Notes under the pieces: model-generated
The model's database searches: none
Told to the model about the DNA's origin: nothing
The model's input: only the letters and a program-made list of their open reading frames with translations
Shown here: piece after piece, positions 47,019 through 57,671 of the stretch
Position numbering within the stretch: position 1 is the first letter of the stretch
Layout: each line of letters starts with the position of its first letter
Position numbers and translations under genes: made by a program
Source: Candidatus Latescibacterota bacterium
GTDB taxonomy: Bacteria; Latescibacterota; UBA2968
NCBI GenBank assembly: GCA_965205975.1
Contig: OZ242195.1
Span: 3,232,001-3,296,000 of the forward strand
Length of the DNA stretch: 64,000 nt
Reading direction: 5' to 3'

Positions 47019-48560
47019 TTACCGCGTATTCCTGACCAGATCCAAATCCGTACTGAACAAATCGCGAATATCGTTAATACCCAGCGCGACCATCGCCATT
47101 CTATCAACCCCCAGACCCCAGGCAATCACTGGCACATCCACACCCAGAGGTCGTGTAAGCTCAGGCCGAAAAAGACCCGCGCCCCCAAGCTCCATCCAGC
47201 CCAGAACGGGATGCTTCGCCTGAAGCTCTACTGAAGGCTCGGTAAAAGGAAAATAATCGGGCACATAGCGCACATCTTCGGCCTGTGCGATCTCAAGCGC
47301 GAACAACTTGAGCAAACCGAGCAAACTGCGAAAATTTATCTCCTCGCCCAGAACAATACCCTCAGCCTGAAAAAAATCTGCCGCGTGCGTGGCATCGACA
47401 TCATCCGGACGAAAACAACGCGCAAGAGCGAAATACTTACCCGGGATATTCGGCTCTGAAGCGAGCGTACGCGCCGAAAGCGCAGTGCCCTGACTTCGCA
47501 AAATAAGGCGGCGAGACTGCTCGGGATTGAACTCATAACGCCACCCGCGCGAACCTGTCTCGCCCCCGCTCTGATGCGCCTCAGCCACCCTCGAAAAATA
47601 GGGTTCCTCTGCCTCTCGGGATTGCGTTGGCTCCGTAACATAATACGCATCGTGAATATTGCGCGCCGCGTGGAACTGCGGCATAAAAAGGGCATCCATA
47701 TTCCAGAACTCGGTCTCCACCAGAGAACCTTTCATCTCTTCAAAACCAAGCGCCATCAACCGGCGCCGCACATTATCGAGATACGCCCGATAGGGATGGT
47801 GCTTCCCAATAAGCACGCGCGGCGGCTTAATCGACAAATCATATCGGCGAAAAGACGCGCCCTGCCAGGTGCCCTTCTGAATCATTTCCGGCGTAAGCCG
47901 AGAAACTTCATCACCCGTAAGATTGGCTTTGACAACCTCCACAAGCACGCGCCGCCCTTCTTCAGTAAGACAATAAACCCGCTCCGTGCGCTCGTCCAAA
48001 CGAACAGGTGCCCTGCCCCCGCCGCGCTTGCGGGCATTGGCTTCGATATACTGGACAACATCACCGGGAAAATTATCAATCTCAATTCCGGTATCGGAAA
48101 ATTTGTCAAAAAATTCTGGCATAAGTCGATCAATAAAAAAAGAAGCCCGATTCGCATCGACAATAACAACAGCCCCCTTATCCAGATCGATAATCCCATC
48201 CTTTTTCAAACCGCCAAACGCACTGCCCCAGGCCCCTCTGTCAAACCGCTCGTCGGCTTGCAAATCCTGGATCCCAACGCGCTCTGCACTCGCCCGGGTC
48301 AAAAGTGCCGTCTCTGGCGTCGCGCCCTTTGTTGCAAAATCCCGTCCCACTTCCGTAAGCGAAACCGTTGCACGCGTATTTTCCCCGGTAACTTCGAGCA
48401 ACTGCTTGGAAATCAGCCACTCGACCGCGCGCCGAACCTGTCCCTCGCCAATACCCGCCCCCTTTTGAAGTTGTGCATCGGACTGCTCGGCACTGGCATT
48501 ATTTTGATATGCACGCAAAATGCGAATTTCGAGAGCATGTAAAGATGCGAGATCAATCAA
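47019..48560 (-). CDS. pheS: Phenylalanine-tRNA ligase alpha subunit, archaeal-type (long N-terminus)
   Basis: 513 aa; FWNMDALFMPQFHAAR, FRPDDVDATH, YFPFTEPS, AWGLGVDR; TTG start after AGGAG. Confidence 0.93.
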   Translation of the reverse strand: MIDLASLHALEIRILRAYQNNASAEQSDAQLQKGAGIGEGQVRRAVEWLISKQLLEVTGENTRATVSLTEVGRDFATKGATPETALLTRASAERVGIQDLQADERFDRGAWGSAFGGLKKDGIIDLDKGAVVIVDANRASFFIDRLMPEFFDKFSDTGIEIDNFPGDVVQYIEANARKRGGGRAPVRLDERTERVYCLTEEGRRVLVEVVKANLTGDEVSRLTPEMIQKGTWQGASFRRYDLSIKPPRVLIGKHHPYRAYLDNVRRRLMALGFEEMKGSLVETEFWNMDALFMPQFHAARNIHDAYYVTEPTQSREAEEPYFSRVAEAHQSGGETGSRGWRYEFNPEQSRRLILRSQGTALSARTLASEPNIPGKYFALARCFRPDDVDATHAADFFQAEGIVLGEEINFRSLLGLLKLFALEIAQAEDVRYVPDYFPFTEPSVELQAKHPVLGWMELGGAGLFRPELTRPLGVDVPVIAWGLGVDRMAMVALGINDIRDLFSTDLDLVRNTR

Positions 48561-48615
48561 AAGAAACTCCTTATGTAGCGATTAGCGATCAACCCATCCA
48601 ACCCCCAGCCCCTTT

Positions 48616-48648
48616 CTGGATCGCGGCTCAAAACCACGCCGCGATGAC
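48616..48648. repeat. Family-2 palindrome
   Basis: ctggatcgcggctcaaaaccacgccgcgatgac. Confidence 0.85.
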
Positions 48649-48671
48649 GGCTTTCATTGTCTTGCTTACCA

Positions 48672-48938
48672 ATAAAAAAGCCCCTTCGTCATCATAGGGA
48701 CGAAAGAGCTTTCGCGGTACCACCCTATTTGCGCTTAAAAGCACCACTCAGCGGATGGCCATCACCATCCTGTCCATTATCGGCGGACCCACCGGCTCGG
48801 CTTAATAGGAAACTGTCTCTCCATTCGGCTTTGCAGCTCGGGAGGGAACTTCGCCTGTGCATCCTGCAGATGTGCTTTCAGCCCAGGACACATCCTCTCT
48901 GTGCAGTTGGGAACAGGCTACTTTTCTCCGTCATAGCT
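48672..48938 (-). ncRNA. T-box riboswitch (Phe) controlling pheS-pheT
   Basis: Stem I with GA motif, AGTA, AGAGA and GCTGAA; specifier UUC at 48846-48848; T-box AATAGGGTGGTACCGCG (48713-48729) with partner TCGTCCCT; terminator plus U6. Confidence 0.93.
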
Positions 48939-48948
48939 TTAAAGGCAA

Positions 48949-48977
48949 AACATAGAAATTTGCGCCACAAGTGTCAA
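48949..48977 (-). promoter_or_regulatory. Sigma70-type promoter of the T-box leader
   Basis: TTGACA-N17-TATGTT. Confidence 0.7.
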
Positions 48978-48993
48978 GCCGAAAGTCGCAAAT

Positions 48994-50907
48994 CTATCCG
49001 TCAACCGTTTTTCCAAATACACTCACAAACAGGAGAAAATCGGGAAAATCAACACTGCCGTTCCTATCGATATCGTATTGGGCCTCGGACGATCCAAATG
49101 CACTCACAAACAGGAGAAAATCAGCAAACTCGATTATGCCATTGCCGTCAAAATCCGATTTGACTTCCACAGAAAGCGGCTGAACAACGCCAGAAATCGT
49201 CAGCATAAACTTCGCGCGATCCGGATCATTACTCAAAATACTGATATTACCCGAAAACTCGCCCTCCATGGGCTTGGGAAACGTAATCGTAATCGTCGCC
49301 GAACTATCCGGAGATAGTGTAAACATAGAAGGCTCAAACGTCAAACCCGACACATCGCTCTCAATACCCGTAATCTCCAAAGGCGCAGTTCCCGTATTCG
49401 TAATCGTAAAAGTCTGCTGAGCCGTCTTTTCGGCATCAATACTCCCGAAATCAATTGCGGGTGCCCCCACAACCAGCACTGGCGCAGGTGCCGCCTGCAC
49501 AATCACAGAAACGGATAATGTTTGTGTTGCACTATTCGGATCATTACTCGAAATCGTGATATTACCCGAAAAAGTGCCCTCCGTCGAACTCGGAAACGTA
49601 ATCGTCACCGTCTGTGAACCGTCAGGTTCCAATGTGAACATCGTAGTATCAAACGTCAGACCCGACACATCGCTCTCAATACCCGTAATCTCCAGCGGTG
49701 CAGTACCCGTGTTCATAATCGCAATCGTCCGTTGACCTGTTTGGCCTGCCTCAATAGCACCGAAATTAACAGCCGTTTGCTGAACCGCAATCGCTGGCAC
49801 AGGTCGCGGCTGAACGGTCACAGAAACGGATAATGTCTGTGTTCCACTCTTCAGATCATTACTCGAAATCGTGATAGTACCCGAAAACGTACCCTCTGAC
49901 GAACTCGGAAATGTCACCGTCACCGTCTGTGAACCATTGGGTACCAGTGTGAACATATAAGGCGTAAACGTCAAACCCGACACATTACTCTGAATACCCG
50001 TTATCTCCAACGGCGCAGTACCTGTATTCCTGATCGTAATCGTCCGTTGAACTGTTTGACCTGCTTCAATAGTGCCAAAATTAACTGCTGTTTGCTGCAC
50101 AGAGATCGCTGGCGCGGGGGGCGGTTGAACAATCACAGAAACGGATAATGTCTGTGTTGCGCGATCCGGATCATTACTCGAAATCGTGATATTCCCTGAA
50201 AATGTGCCCTCCACAGAACTCGGAAATGTCACCGTCACCGTCTGAGAACCGTTGGGTGCCAGTGTGAACATTGTAGTATCAAACGTCAGACCCGACACAT
50301 CGCTCTCTATACCCGTAATCTCAAGAGGAGCAGTGCCAGTGTTCTCAATCGTAATTGTCTTTTGAACCGTTTGTGCAAACGCAACAGTACCGAAATCAAG
50401 CGCTGTTTGCTGCACAGAGATCGCTGGCGCAGGTGGCGGTATTTGCGCCAACAGTTCAGTAACCTTGGCTGCTGCTGCAGAAATAGAAGATCCTAGGCCG
50501 CTTCTGGAAAATTTCACAGTCCCATCGGGGCCAACCACAACGAGATGATCATGCCCAGCCGGAGCAGAACCACCTGCTTGTATAAGCATGGGAAAGGTGA
50601 TGCCTCTGCTAAAACCCTCAACCTGAGTACGACTACCATCCCAGGTATCGAGACCGAGCATCACAATATTGCTGCTTTGTGGATCTTTTTTTAAGTCTTG
50701 CCATAACTGTTCGAGTCGCGGCACCGCCGCTTGACAGGTTGGTCAGCCATACCCAATCATCGCAAGCACCAGCACTTTACCGCGATATTGGGAGGCACTA
50801 TATGTCTTGCCGTCAAGGCCCGTTAAAGAAAAATTAACCGTTTGTGCATAAGTGGTCCCAACGAGCAAAAGCAGAACCATCGGGATGGACAATAGATATT
50901 TGCACAT
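48994..50907 (-). CDS. Putative secreted selenoprotein: TlpA/Prx-like thioredoxin fold (UPTC) + 4 Ig-like (choice-of-anchor D/ASH-like) repeats + dockerin/EF-hand-like tail, 637 aa
   Basis: MCKYLLSIPMVLLLLVGTTYA-QTVNFSLTGLDGKTYSASQYRGKVLVLAMIGYG-TGA(50743-50745)-PTCQAAVPRL continues in frame into track ORF 48994-50724; hairpin after the TGA. Confidence 0.82.
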
Positions 50908-50963
50908 GGCGTTTATCCTCAGACATTGCCAAAAAAATCATTCACAAAGCCCGCCGCGAACAA

Positions 50964-53183
50964 TCAGTTGAGCTTTTTGCCAAAGTGATTGACAAAGATG
51001 AGAAAATCCGATATACCGACCACACCATCGCCATCGATATCGTATTTGGGATCGGATGTTCCAAAAGCACTCACTAAAAGGAGAAAATCGGCAATAGCGA
51101 TTACGCCATTGCCGTCAAAATCCGATCTGGCTTCCTCAGAAAGCGGCTGGACAATTCCAGAAATCCTCAGCGTATGCGCCGCGCGATCCGGATCATTGCT
51201 CAAAATATTGATAAGCCCCGAAAACGTGCCCACCATGGATTCGGGAAACGTAATCGTAATCGTGCGTGAACTATTGGGTGCCAATGTGAACATCGTAGTA
51301 TCAAACGTCAAACCCGACACATCGCTTTCAATACCCGTAATCTCCAACGGCGCAGTACCCGTATTCGTAATCGTAAAAGTCTTCTGAGCCGTCTTTTCAG
51401 CATCAATACTCCCGAAATCAATTGCGGGTGTCCCCACAACCAGCATCGGCACAGGTTCCGTCTGCACGGTCACAGAAACGGATAAGGTCTGGGTTGCAGT
51501 ATTTGGATCATTACTCGAAATCGTGATAGTACCCGAAAACTCGCCCACCGTCGAACTCGGAAACGCAATCGTCACCGTCTGCGAACCGCCAGGTGCCAGC
51601 GTGAACGTCGTAGTATCAAACGTCAAACCAGACACATCACTCTCAATACCTGTTATCTCCAAATCTGCGGTACCCGTATTTGTAATCACAATCGTCTGCT
51701 GAACCGATTGGGCAAACGCAACAGTACCGAAATCAACTGCCGTTTGCTGCACAGAGATCGCTGGCGCGGGGGGCGGTTGAACTGTGATAGAAACGGATAA
51801 GGTCTGGGTTGCAGTATTCGGATCATTACTCGAAATCGTGATAGTACCCGAAAATGTACCCTCCGTCGAACTCGGAAACCTGATCGTCACTGTCTTCGAA
51901 GCATCAGATTCCAGTGTAAACATCGTAGTATCAAACGTCAAACCCGACACATCACTTGTAATACCCGTAATATTTAAGGACGCAGTACCCGTATTCGTAA
52001 TCGCAATCGTTTCCCGACCAGTTTGACCCACGACAATAGGATCGAAATTAACTGCTGTTTGCCGAACACTGATCGCAGGCACAGGCGGCGGTTGGACTAT
52101 GATAGACACGGATAATGTGCTTGTTGCACTATTCGGATCATTGCTCGAAATAGTGATATTACCCGAAAACGTGCCCTCCGTCGAACTCGGAAACGTAATC
52201 GTCACCGTCTGTGAACCGTTGGGTTCCAGCGAGAACATCGTAGTATCAAACGTCAAACCAGACACATCACTCTCGATACCCGTAATCTGCAGCGTTGCAG
52301 TACCCGTATTCTCAATCGTAATTGTCTGTTCACCTGTTTGACCCGCGACAATAGGATCGAAATTAACTCTCTCCTGCACGGAAATCGCTGGCACAGGGGG
52401 CGGTTGCACGCTCACAGAAACGGATAATGTGCTTGTTGCACTATTCGGATCATTACTCGAAATAGTGATATTACCCGAAAACGTACCCTCTGCAGAACTC
52501 GGAAATGTAATCGTCACCGTCTGCGAACCGTTGGGTTCCAGTGTGAACATCGTAGTATCAAAAGTTAGACCCGACACATCGCTCTGAATACCTGTAATTT
52601 CCAGCGTTGCAGTACCCGTATTCGTAATCGTAATCGTCTCTTGACCCGTTTGGCCTGCGTCAATAGTGCCGAAATCAACTCTCTCCTGCACGGAAATCTC
52701 CGGTGCAGGTGATGGTATTTGCGCCAACAGTTCATTAACCTTGGCTATTGCGTTACTCCGGACAGTGGAGGAACTCAAACTGCGACCCGAAAACGCCACA
52801 GTCCCATCTGGATCAACGACAACGAGATCCTCACGACTAAAACCTGTGCCACTTGCGGATAGAAGCAATGGAAAGGTGACTGTCGCACGGCTGCCAAAAT
52901 TCTCAAGCTGAGTCTTATTGCCATTATAAACATCAAGACCGAGCATGGCAACATTGGAGTTACTGCTATAATTTCCCCATAAACTTTCGAGTGACGGACC
53001 CGCCGCTATACAGGTCGGTCAGTTATACCCGATGACCGCAAGTATGAGCACCTGACCGCGATAGTCAGAGGCGCTATATGTACTGCCGTCGGTGCCTGTT
53101 AGAGAAAAATTAACTGTTTGTGCAGAGGCAGACCCAACGAGCAAAAGCAGAATCATCGGGATGGACAATAGATATTTGCGCAT
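50964..53183 (-). CDS. Putative secreted selenoprotein paralog: thioredoxin fold (UPTC) + 5 Ig-like repeats + dockerin/EF-hand-like tail, 739 aa
   Basis: MRKYLLSIPMILLLLVGSASA-QTVNFSL...AVIGYN-TGA(53019-53021)-PTCIAAGPSLESLW joins track ORF 50964-52946 in frame; TGA is codon 55, as in the paralog. Confidence 0.82.
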
Positions 53184-53254
53184 GGCATTTATCCTTATAT
53201 ATTGGTGCAAGTGAAGATATATTAAGTGATGGTGCAGTGGACGGTCAAAACCTT

Positions 53255-53287
53255 CTGGATCGCGGCTCAACTTCATGCCGCGATGAC
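53255..53287. repeat. Family-2 palindrome
   Basis: ctggatcgcggctcaacttcatgccgcgatgac. Confidence 0.85.
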
Positions 53288-53363
53288 GGCTCTCCTGTAC
53301 TATAGGTATCAACGCTTAAATCTAACAGAAGTTTCTCCACAGGTCAACCACAAGGAGTGAGCG

Positions 53364-54203
53364 ATGGGCATCCTCACAGAACAAAAAAAATCGTTCTTTG
53401 ACACCTTTGGATTTCTCGCATTTCCGGAGTTATTGTCAGATTGCATCGACGAAATTATCGATGCATTTGAAACGGTATGGGCACAACGGGGTGGTGGACA
53501 CAACGGGCAACCGCATGACGGCAAACGTCGATCGTGTATTGTGCCATTTATCGACCAGCACGAACGACTGTGCGCCCTCTTAGATGATCCGCGAATAAAA
53601 GAAATTCTGGTCGGCTTACTCGATGAAAATTTCAACTACATGGGATCAGACGGAAATTATTATGCCGGAGACACGCAATGGCATTCGGATGGCTGGGGCA
53701 AGGAAATACGATTTGTAAAAATCGCCCTGTACCTGGATCCCCTAACGCGCGACACGGGCTGTCTGCGCGTCATCCCCGGGAGTCACCATCTCAAAGATCA
53801 ATATGCAAATAATGTCGAAAACACCGTCCGAAATTCCCCAGATCAATGGGGCATACACGGACCAGATGTACCTGCACTACCACTGGAAACCAATCCCGGC
53901 GACGTCGTCTTATTTAATCACAACTTAAAACACGCGGCCTTTGGAGGCAGTCCACGTCGGCGGATGTTCACCATCAACTGCAGCGAACGCTTCCCTGAAG
54001 ATGAAGAACATATTGACCTATTAAAAACACAGATTGCCGCACGCGCGCGGTTCTGGAACGATCGCGCTTATGGAAAAATCATGCTCGCAACCGCTGGACC
54101 CGAACGCAAAAAACATCTGGAACAAGTCATAGCACACGACGACCACCTCGCCGAACTCTCAGCCCGCGCAAGAGAAGAAATGCCCGAGCCATCGCGAGGA
54201 TAA
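53364..54203 (+). CDS. PhyH-family dioxygenase
   Basis: FFDTFGF, WHSDG, VIPGSH, GDVVLFNHNLKH. Confidence 0.9.
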   Translation: MGILTEQKKSFFDTFGFLAFPELLSDCIDEIIDAFETVWAQRGGGHNGQPHDGKRRSCIVPFIDQHERLCALLDDPRIKEILVGLLDENFNYMGSDGNYYAGDTQWHSDGWGKEIRFVKIALYLDPLTRDTGCLRVIPGSHHLKDQYANNVENTVRNSPDQWGIHGPDVPALPLETNPGDVVLFNHNLKHAAFGGSPRRRMFTINCSERFPEDEEHIDLLKTQIAARARFWNDRAYGKIMLATAGPERKKHLEQVIAHDDHLAELSARAREEMPEPSRG

Positions 54204-54226
54204 CGGGTTCTGTCGCGTTTAGATTA

Positions 54227-54259
54227 CTGGATTGCGGCTCAAAACCATGCCGCAATGAC
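54227..54259. repeat. Family-2 palindrome
   Basis: ctggattgcggctcaaaaccatgccgcaatgac. Confidence 0.85.
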
Positions 54260-54292
54260 GAGTGTCAGAATGTCCACCTATTAAAAACCCAC

Positions 54293-54328
54293 AAAGCCCT
54301 GTGATCTCGAATCGCGGGGCTTTTTTTT
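54293..54328 (+). terminator. Intrinsic terminator
   Basis: AAAGCCCTGTGAT-CTCGA-ATCGCGGGGCTTTTTTTT. Confidence 0.8.
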
Positions 54329-54420
54329 ATTTAGGAATCCGTGCTTTCGAGTCACATATATATAGCGGGTGGAAAAACAAGCGGACAGCGGTCAGTAGTC
54401 AGTGGTCAGCTAAAAATTTT

Positions 54421-54453
54421 CTGGATCGCGGCTCAAAATCATGCCGCGATGAC
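54421..54453. repeat. Family-2 palindrome
   Basis: ctggatcgcggctcaaaatcatgccgcgatgac. Confidence 0.85.
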
Positions 54454-54493
54454 AGACCGTCCCCAGCACAACAATCGTCTATCCGGAGTCATA

Positions 54494-56380
54494 ATGAGCA
54501 AACGCGATGCAGAACAAGTGCAAAAAGTATTGTCTGGCGACCAGGCTGCTTACGAACCGCTGGTCAAGGCGTATCAAGGACGCATCTATGCCTTCGTGGC
54601 TGGTCGAACCCGCAACTTTTCCGCGACAGAAGACATCGTACAAAATGCGTTTGTGGAGGCATATATGCACCTCAAGTCTCTAAAATCGCCCGAAAAATTC
54701 TCAGGTTGGCTGCGGGGAATTGCACTCAATCTATCGAACAAATGGCTTCAACAAAAACGCCCAGTCGTCTCAATGGACGACACATCACAAGATGTGACAC
54801 CTGAAATATCGGAATTTCCATTGCCAGACCTACCCGACGAAGCACTGGAAAAAACCGAAACAAAAGAAGCCGTCATAGCCGCTATTGATACATTGCCAGA
54901 CATTTATCGGGAAGCGGTATTGCTCCACTACATGGAAGGCATGACCTATCCCGAAATCGCAGCCTTTCTCGACATCCCCGAAAGCACAGTAACCGGACGC
55001 CTTCAGGTTGCGCGCAATCGCTTGCGCGACGAATTGATGCCGCTGGTAGAAGACACGCTCCGCGAAAAACGTCCAACACCTCAATTAACGCGCAAAATAA
55101 TGGCCGCATTACCCCCGCTATTGTACGCAGTGCCAACGCAGGCGAGCCTGCTCGCCAAACTGAAAGGAACAGGCATGATAAAAATAATGGGTATCATCGG
55201 CGCAGGAATCGCGGGAACGGGATTGTATTTTGGTGGGATTTCGGCAGTATGGAATTTAGGACAAGAAAACACTGAGCCATCCCAGGTGCCCCAAATACAG
55301 CTCGAATTGGAAAACCTCGCTCAAAATGAGCAATCCGTTCCTGAGAAAACTAACGAAACAGAGGGCGTAGAATCTTCGCCACAAGAAGTCCAATCCGATT
55401 CCAATACAAGTGGCGACACACAAACAGAAAAACTGGACTTCAGAATGGAAACTTCGCCACAAGATTCACTGGTAAAAATAGTGTACTGGATCCCAGAAAC
55501 GATTTATTCAGACTCCGTCTTTGCAGAAATTGATTTCTTCAATATTCACGGTGCAAGGGCTGCCAAGCCGGTCAAAAAAACACACGCACCCGGCTCTTAT
55601 ACGGCGTTTTTATCCAAACGGGGATTGCCTGATGGCAGATACCTGGTAAGGTTATCCGCAACACAGCAATCCCTGAAAGAACATCAAGAGGTACATCACG
55701 CATTGGAGTTGGTCTGGAGATACAGATATCAATATGAAGGCAATGTACAACAAAAGATGGACTTTAAAATAGTAAGTTCGCCGGGGGATTCAATAATGGA
55801 AATTGCGTATTGGATTCCAGAAACGATTTATTCAGACCCTGTCTTTGTAGAACTCGATTTCTATAACAGTCACGGTGCAAGGGCTGCCAAGCCGGTCAAT
55901 AAAACACACGCACCCGGTTCTTACACGGCGTTCTTGCCTAAACGGGGACTTCCCGACGGAACATACTTTGTGAGATTAAGAGCAGATCGGTCAGAAGAAA
56001 ATGCGGAGCGACGCTCATTGAAGCTGATTTGGCCATACAGAAATCAACCAGAACCCAAAGACCCAATAGACTTCAAAATAGAAACTTCGCCACAAGATTC
56101 ACTGGTGAAAATCGCGTATTCGATTTCGGAAATGTTTTCTTCACACCCCGTCTTTGTAGAAATCATTTTCTTCAATAATCAGAATATGATGGTAGCCAGG
56201 CCGGTCAACAAAACACACGCTTCCGGTTCTTATACAGCATTCTTATCCAAACGGGGGTTACCTGATGGAACATACTGGGTGAAGATGACAGCCGGACGAG
56301 ATTTCACATTACAGGGATCTCCTCATTCTCCTTATACCGTGCGTCGCAGAGAGAATCTAATCTGGACAAAAAGAAAGTGA
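54494..56380 (+). CDS. ECF sigma factor fused to a TM segment and three FlgD-Ig/T9SS-CTD-like repeats
   Basis: EDIVQNAF, FSGWLRGI, EIAAFLDIPESTVTGRL; hydrophobic segment IMGIIGAGIAGTGLYFGG; three repeats of I.Y.I.E...V..EI.F.N...A.PV.KTHA.GSYTAFL.KRGLPDG.Y.V. Confidence 0.85.
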   Translation: MSKRDAEQVQKVLSGDQAAYEPLVKAYQGRIYAFVAGRTRNFSATEDIVQNAFVEAYMHLKSLKSPEKFSGWLRGIALNLSNKWLQQKRPVVSMDDTSQDVTPEISEFPLPDLPDEALEKTETKEAVIAAIDTLPDIYREAVLLHYMEGMTYPEIAAFLDIPESTVTGRLQVARNRLRDELMPLVEDTLREKRPTPQLTRKIMAALPPLLYAVPTQASLLAKLKGTGMIKIMGIIGAGIAGTGLYFGGISAVWNLGQENTEPSQVPQIQLELENLAQNEQSVPEKTNETEGVESSPQEVQSDSNTSGDTQTEKLDFRMETSPQDSLVKIVYWIPETIYSDSVFAEIDFFNIHGARAAKPVKKTHAPGSYTAFLSKRGLPDGRYLVRLSATQQSLKEHQEVHHALELVWRYRYQYEGNVQQKMDFKIVSSPGDSIMEIAYWIPETIYSDPVFVELDFYNSHGARAAKPVNKTHAPGSYTAFLPKRGLPDGTYFVRLRADRSEENAERRSLKLIWPYRNQPEPKDPIDFKIETSPQDSLVKIAYSISEMFSSHPVFVEIIFFNNQNMMVARPVNKTHASGSYTAFLSKRGLPDGTYWVKMTAGRDFTLQGSPHSPYTVRRRENLIWTKRK

Positions 56381-56387
56381 GGTCAGC

Positions 56388-57671
56388 ATGTATTTCAACA
56401 AGTGCAAACTGGTAGCAAGTCTGGCAATATGTCTAATTGCATATTCCCCGTGTCTTGCACAACAGCCAACCCATTCCAAAGAAGAAATGAATCGCTTTAA
56501 TCAATTTAGGAGCGGATACCCTCCCGAGACCACAGAGCAGTATTGGGAAGGCATTCGGGGATTGGAGCAACTGCTTGCAGATTATCCCAATACCTTTTTG
56601 AAAGGCGACATCTCCATCACCCTGTTGGGTTATTACCAACACGTCACCGATGATCCACACCTGTTGATTGAACTCTCTGAAAAAATGCTCGCATCGCAAA
56701 TGTATTCCAGCGGCGCTTACCAAACGGCTGCTCGGGTACTCGTAGATAAGAAAGTTCGATCTGATAAAACGCTTCTATATGCACAAAACGCATTAAAAGA
56801 AGCATTGCAGAACCAGGAAAAATGGGGGAATAATGGTCGAGGAGAACTCATCTGTCGCGATCTATTGGCGCGTGCTCATCAACTCCTTGGACAACACGAC
56901 CGTGCTGTCCAAAAAATAAAAACCGCGATACGCGGTTGGCAAACCCGAGAAGATTTAGGCGACCTGGAACTGGCATCTCGGCAGGCATCAGTAGATAGGG
57001 CAAAGACCCACTTGCTTCGGATCTATAACGACCAAAAAGCATGGACAGAGGCTTATGAACTCGCCTCAGAACTATTGCTCACGTCGGTCATCCGCACGGA
57101 TATAGCAGAACTGTGGAGCCAGGCTTATGTTGGCAAGCAAGGCTCAGGTGCAGGAATGAGCAAAGCATACGCTGCCTTAAAATCCGAGTGGGATAAGAAA
57201 ATTATCCAACGCGTCGAAAAAAAACGCATATCACGCCCTGCACCGGCCTTTGAAGTCCAAAAGCTGAACGGTGAAAAAATCATTTCAGAGGACTTAAAAG
57301 GCAAAGCTGTGGTACTAACATTTTGGGCGGGATGGTGTAGCCCGTGCATTGAAGAACTGCCCTATCTTCAAAAGCTCAAAGCGCAATTTCTCAAGCAAAA
57401 TGTCGAATTTTTAGCTGTAAATATCGACCAAGACAGCTCAATGCGCCGGGATATGGTCGCCAGCTTTCGCTACCAGACCGCACCGCTCTTAACCTTTGCA
57501 TTGGGCGATCTGGAAATGCGAAAAGCGTTTGGATCCGCCGAGATTCCATATACCTGTATCATCGACCAGAACGGACAGATTCGGTATGAACGCAAGGGAT
57601 TGGGTGCAGATTTCAGCGTGGCAATGGCACATCAAGTGCAATGGGTCATCGGAATGGGTGAAGCACAGTGA
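56388..57671 (+). CDS. Secreted TPR-like + TlpA thioredoxin-domain protein
   Basis: Signal peptide, helical N-terminal part, PAPAF...LKGKAVVLTFWAGWCSPC...ELP. Confidence 0.88.
   Translation: MYFNKCKLVASLAICLIAYSPCLAQQPTHSKEEMNRFNQFRSGYPPETTEQYWEGIRGLEQLLADYPNTFLKGDISITLLGYYQHVTDDPHLLIELSEKMLASQMYSSGAYQTAARVLVDKKVRSDKTLLYAQNALKEALQNQEKWGNNGRGELICRDLLARAHQLLGQHDRAVQKIKTAIRGWQTREDLGDLELASRQASVDRAKTHLLRIYNDQKAWTEAYELASELLLTSVIRTDIAELWSQAYVGKQGSGAGMSKAYAALKSEWDKKIIQRVEKKRISRPAPAFEVQKLNGEKIISEDLKGKAVVLTFWAGWCSPCIEELPYLQKLKAQFLKQNVEFLAVNIDQDSSMRRDMVASFRYQTAPLLTFALGDLEMRKAFGSAEIPYTCIIDQNGQIRYERKGLGADFSVAMAHQVQWVIGMGEAQ

Noticed and set aside
50743..50745. Genome-wide UGA reassignment (code 4/25)
   Set aside because: TGA terminates ordinary genes here (e.g. 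1203, 37961, 56380).
53019..53312. 97-aa ORF as an independent gene, or the locus as a pseudogene pair
   Set aside because: Its last 54 codons are the selenoprotein N-terminus; the same TGA at the catalytic position in both paralogs argues against random nonsense mutation.
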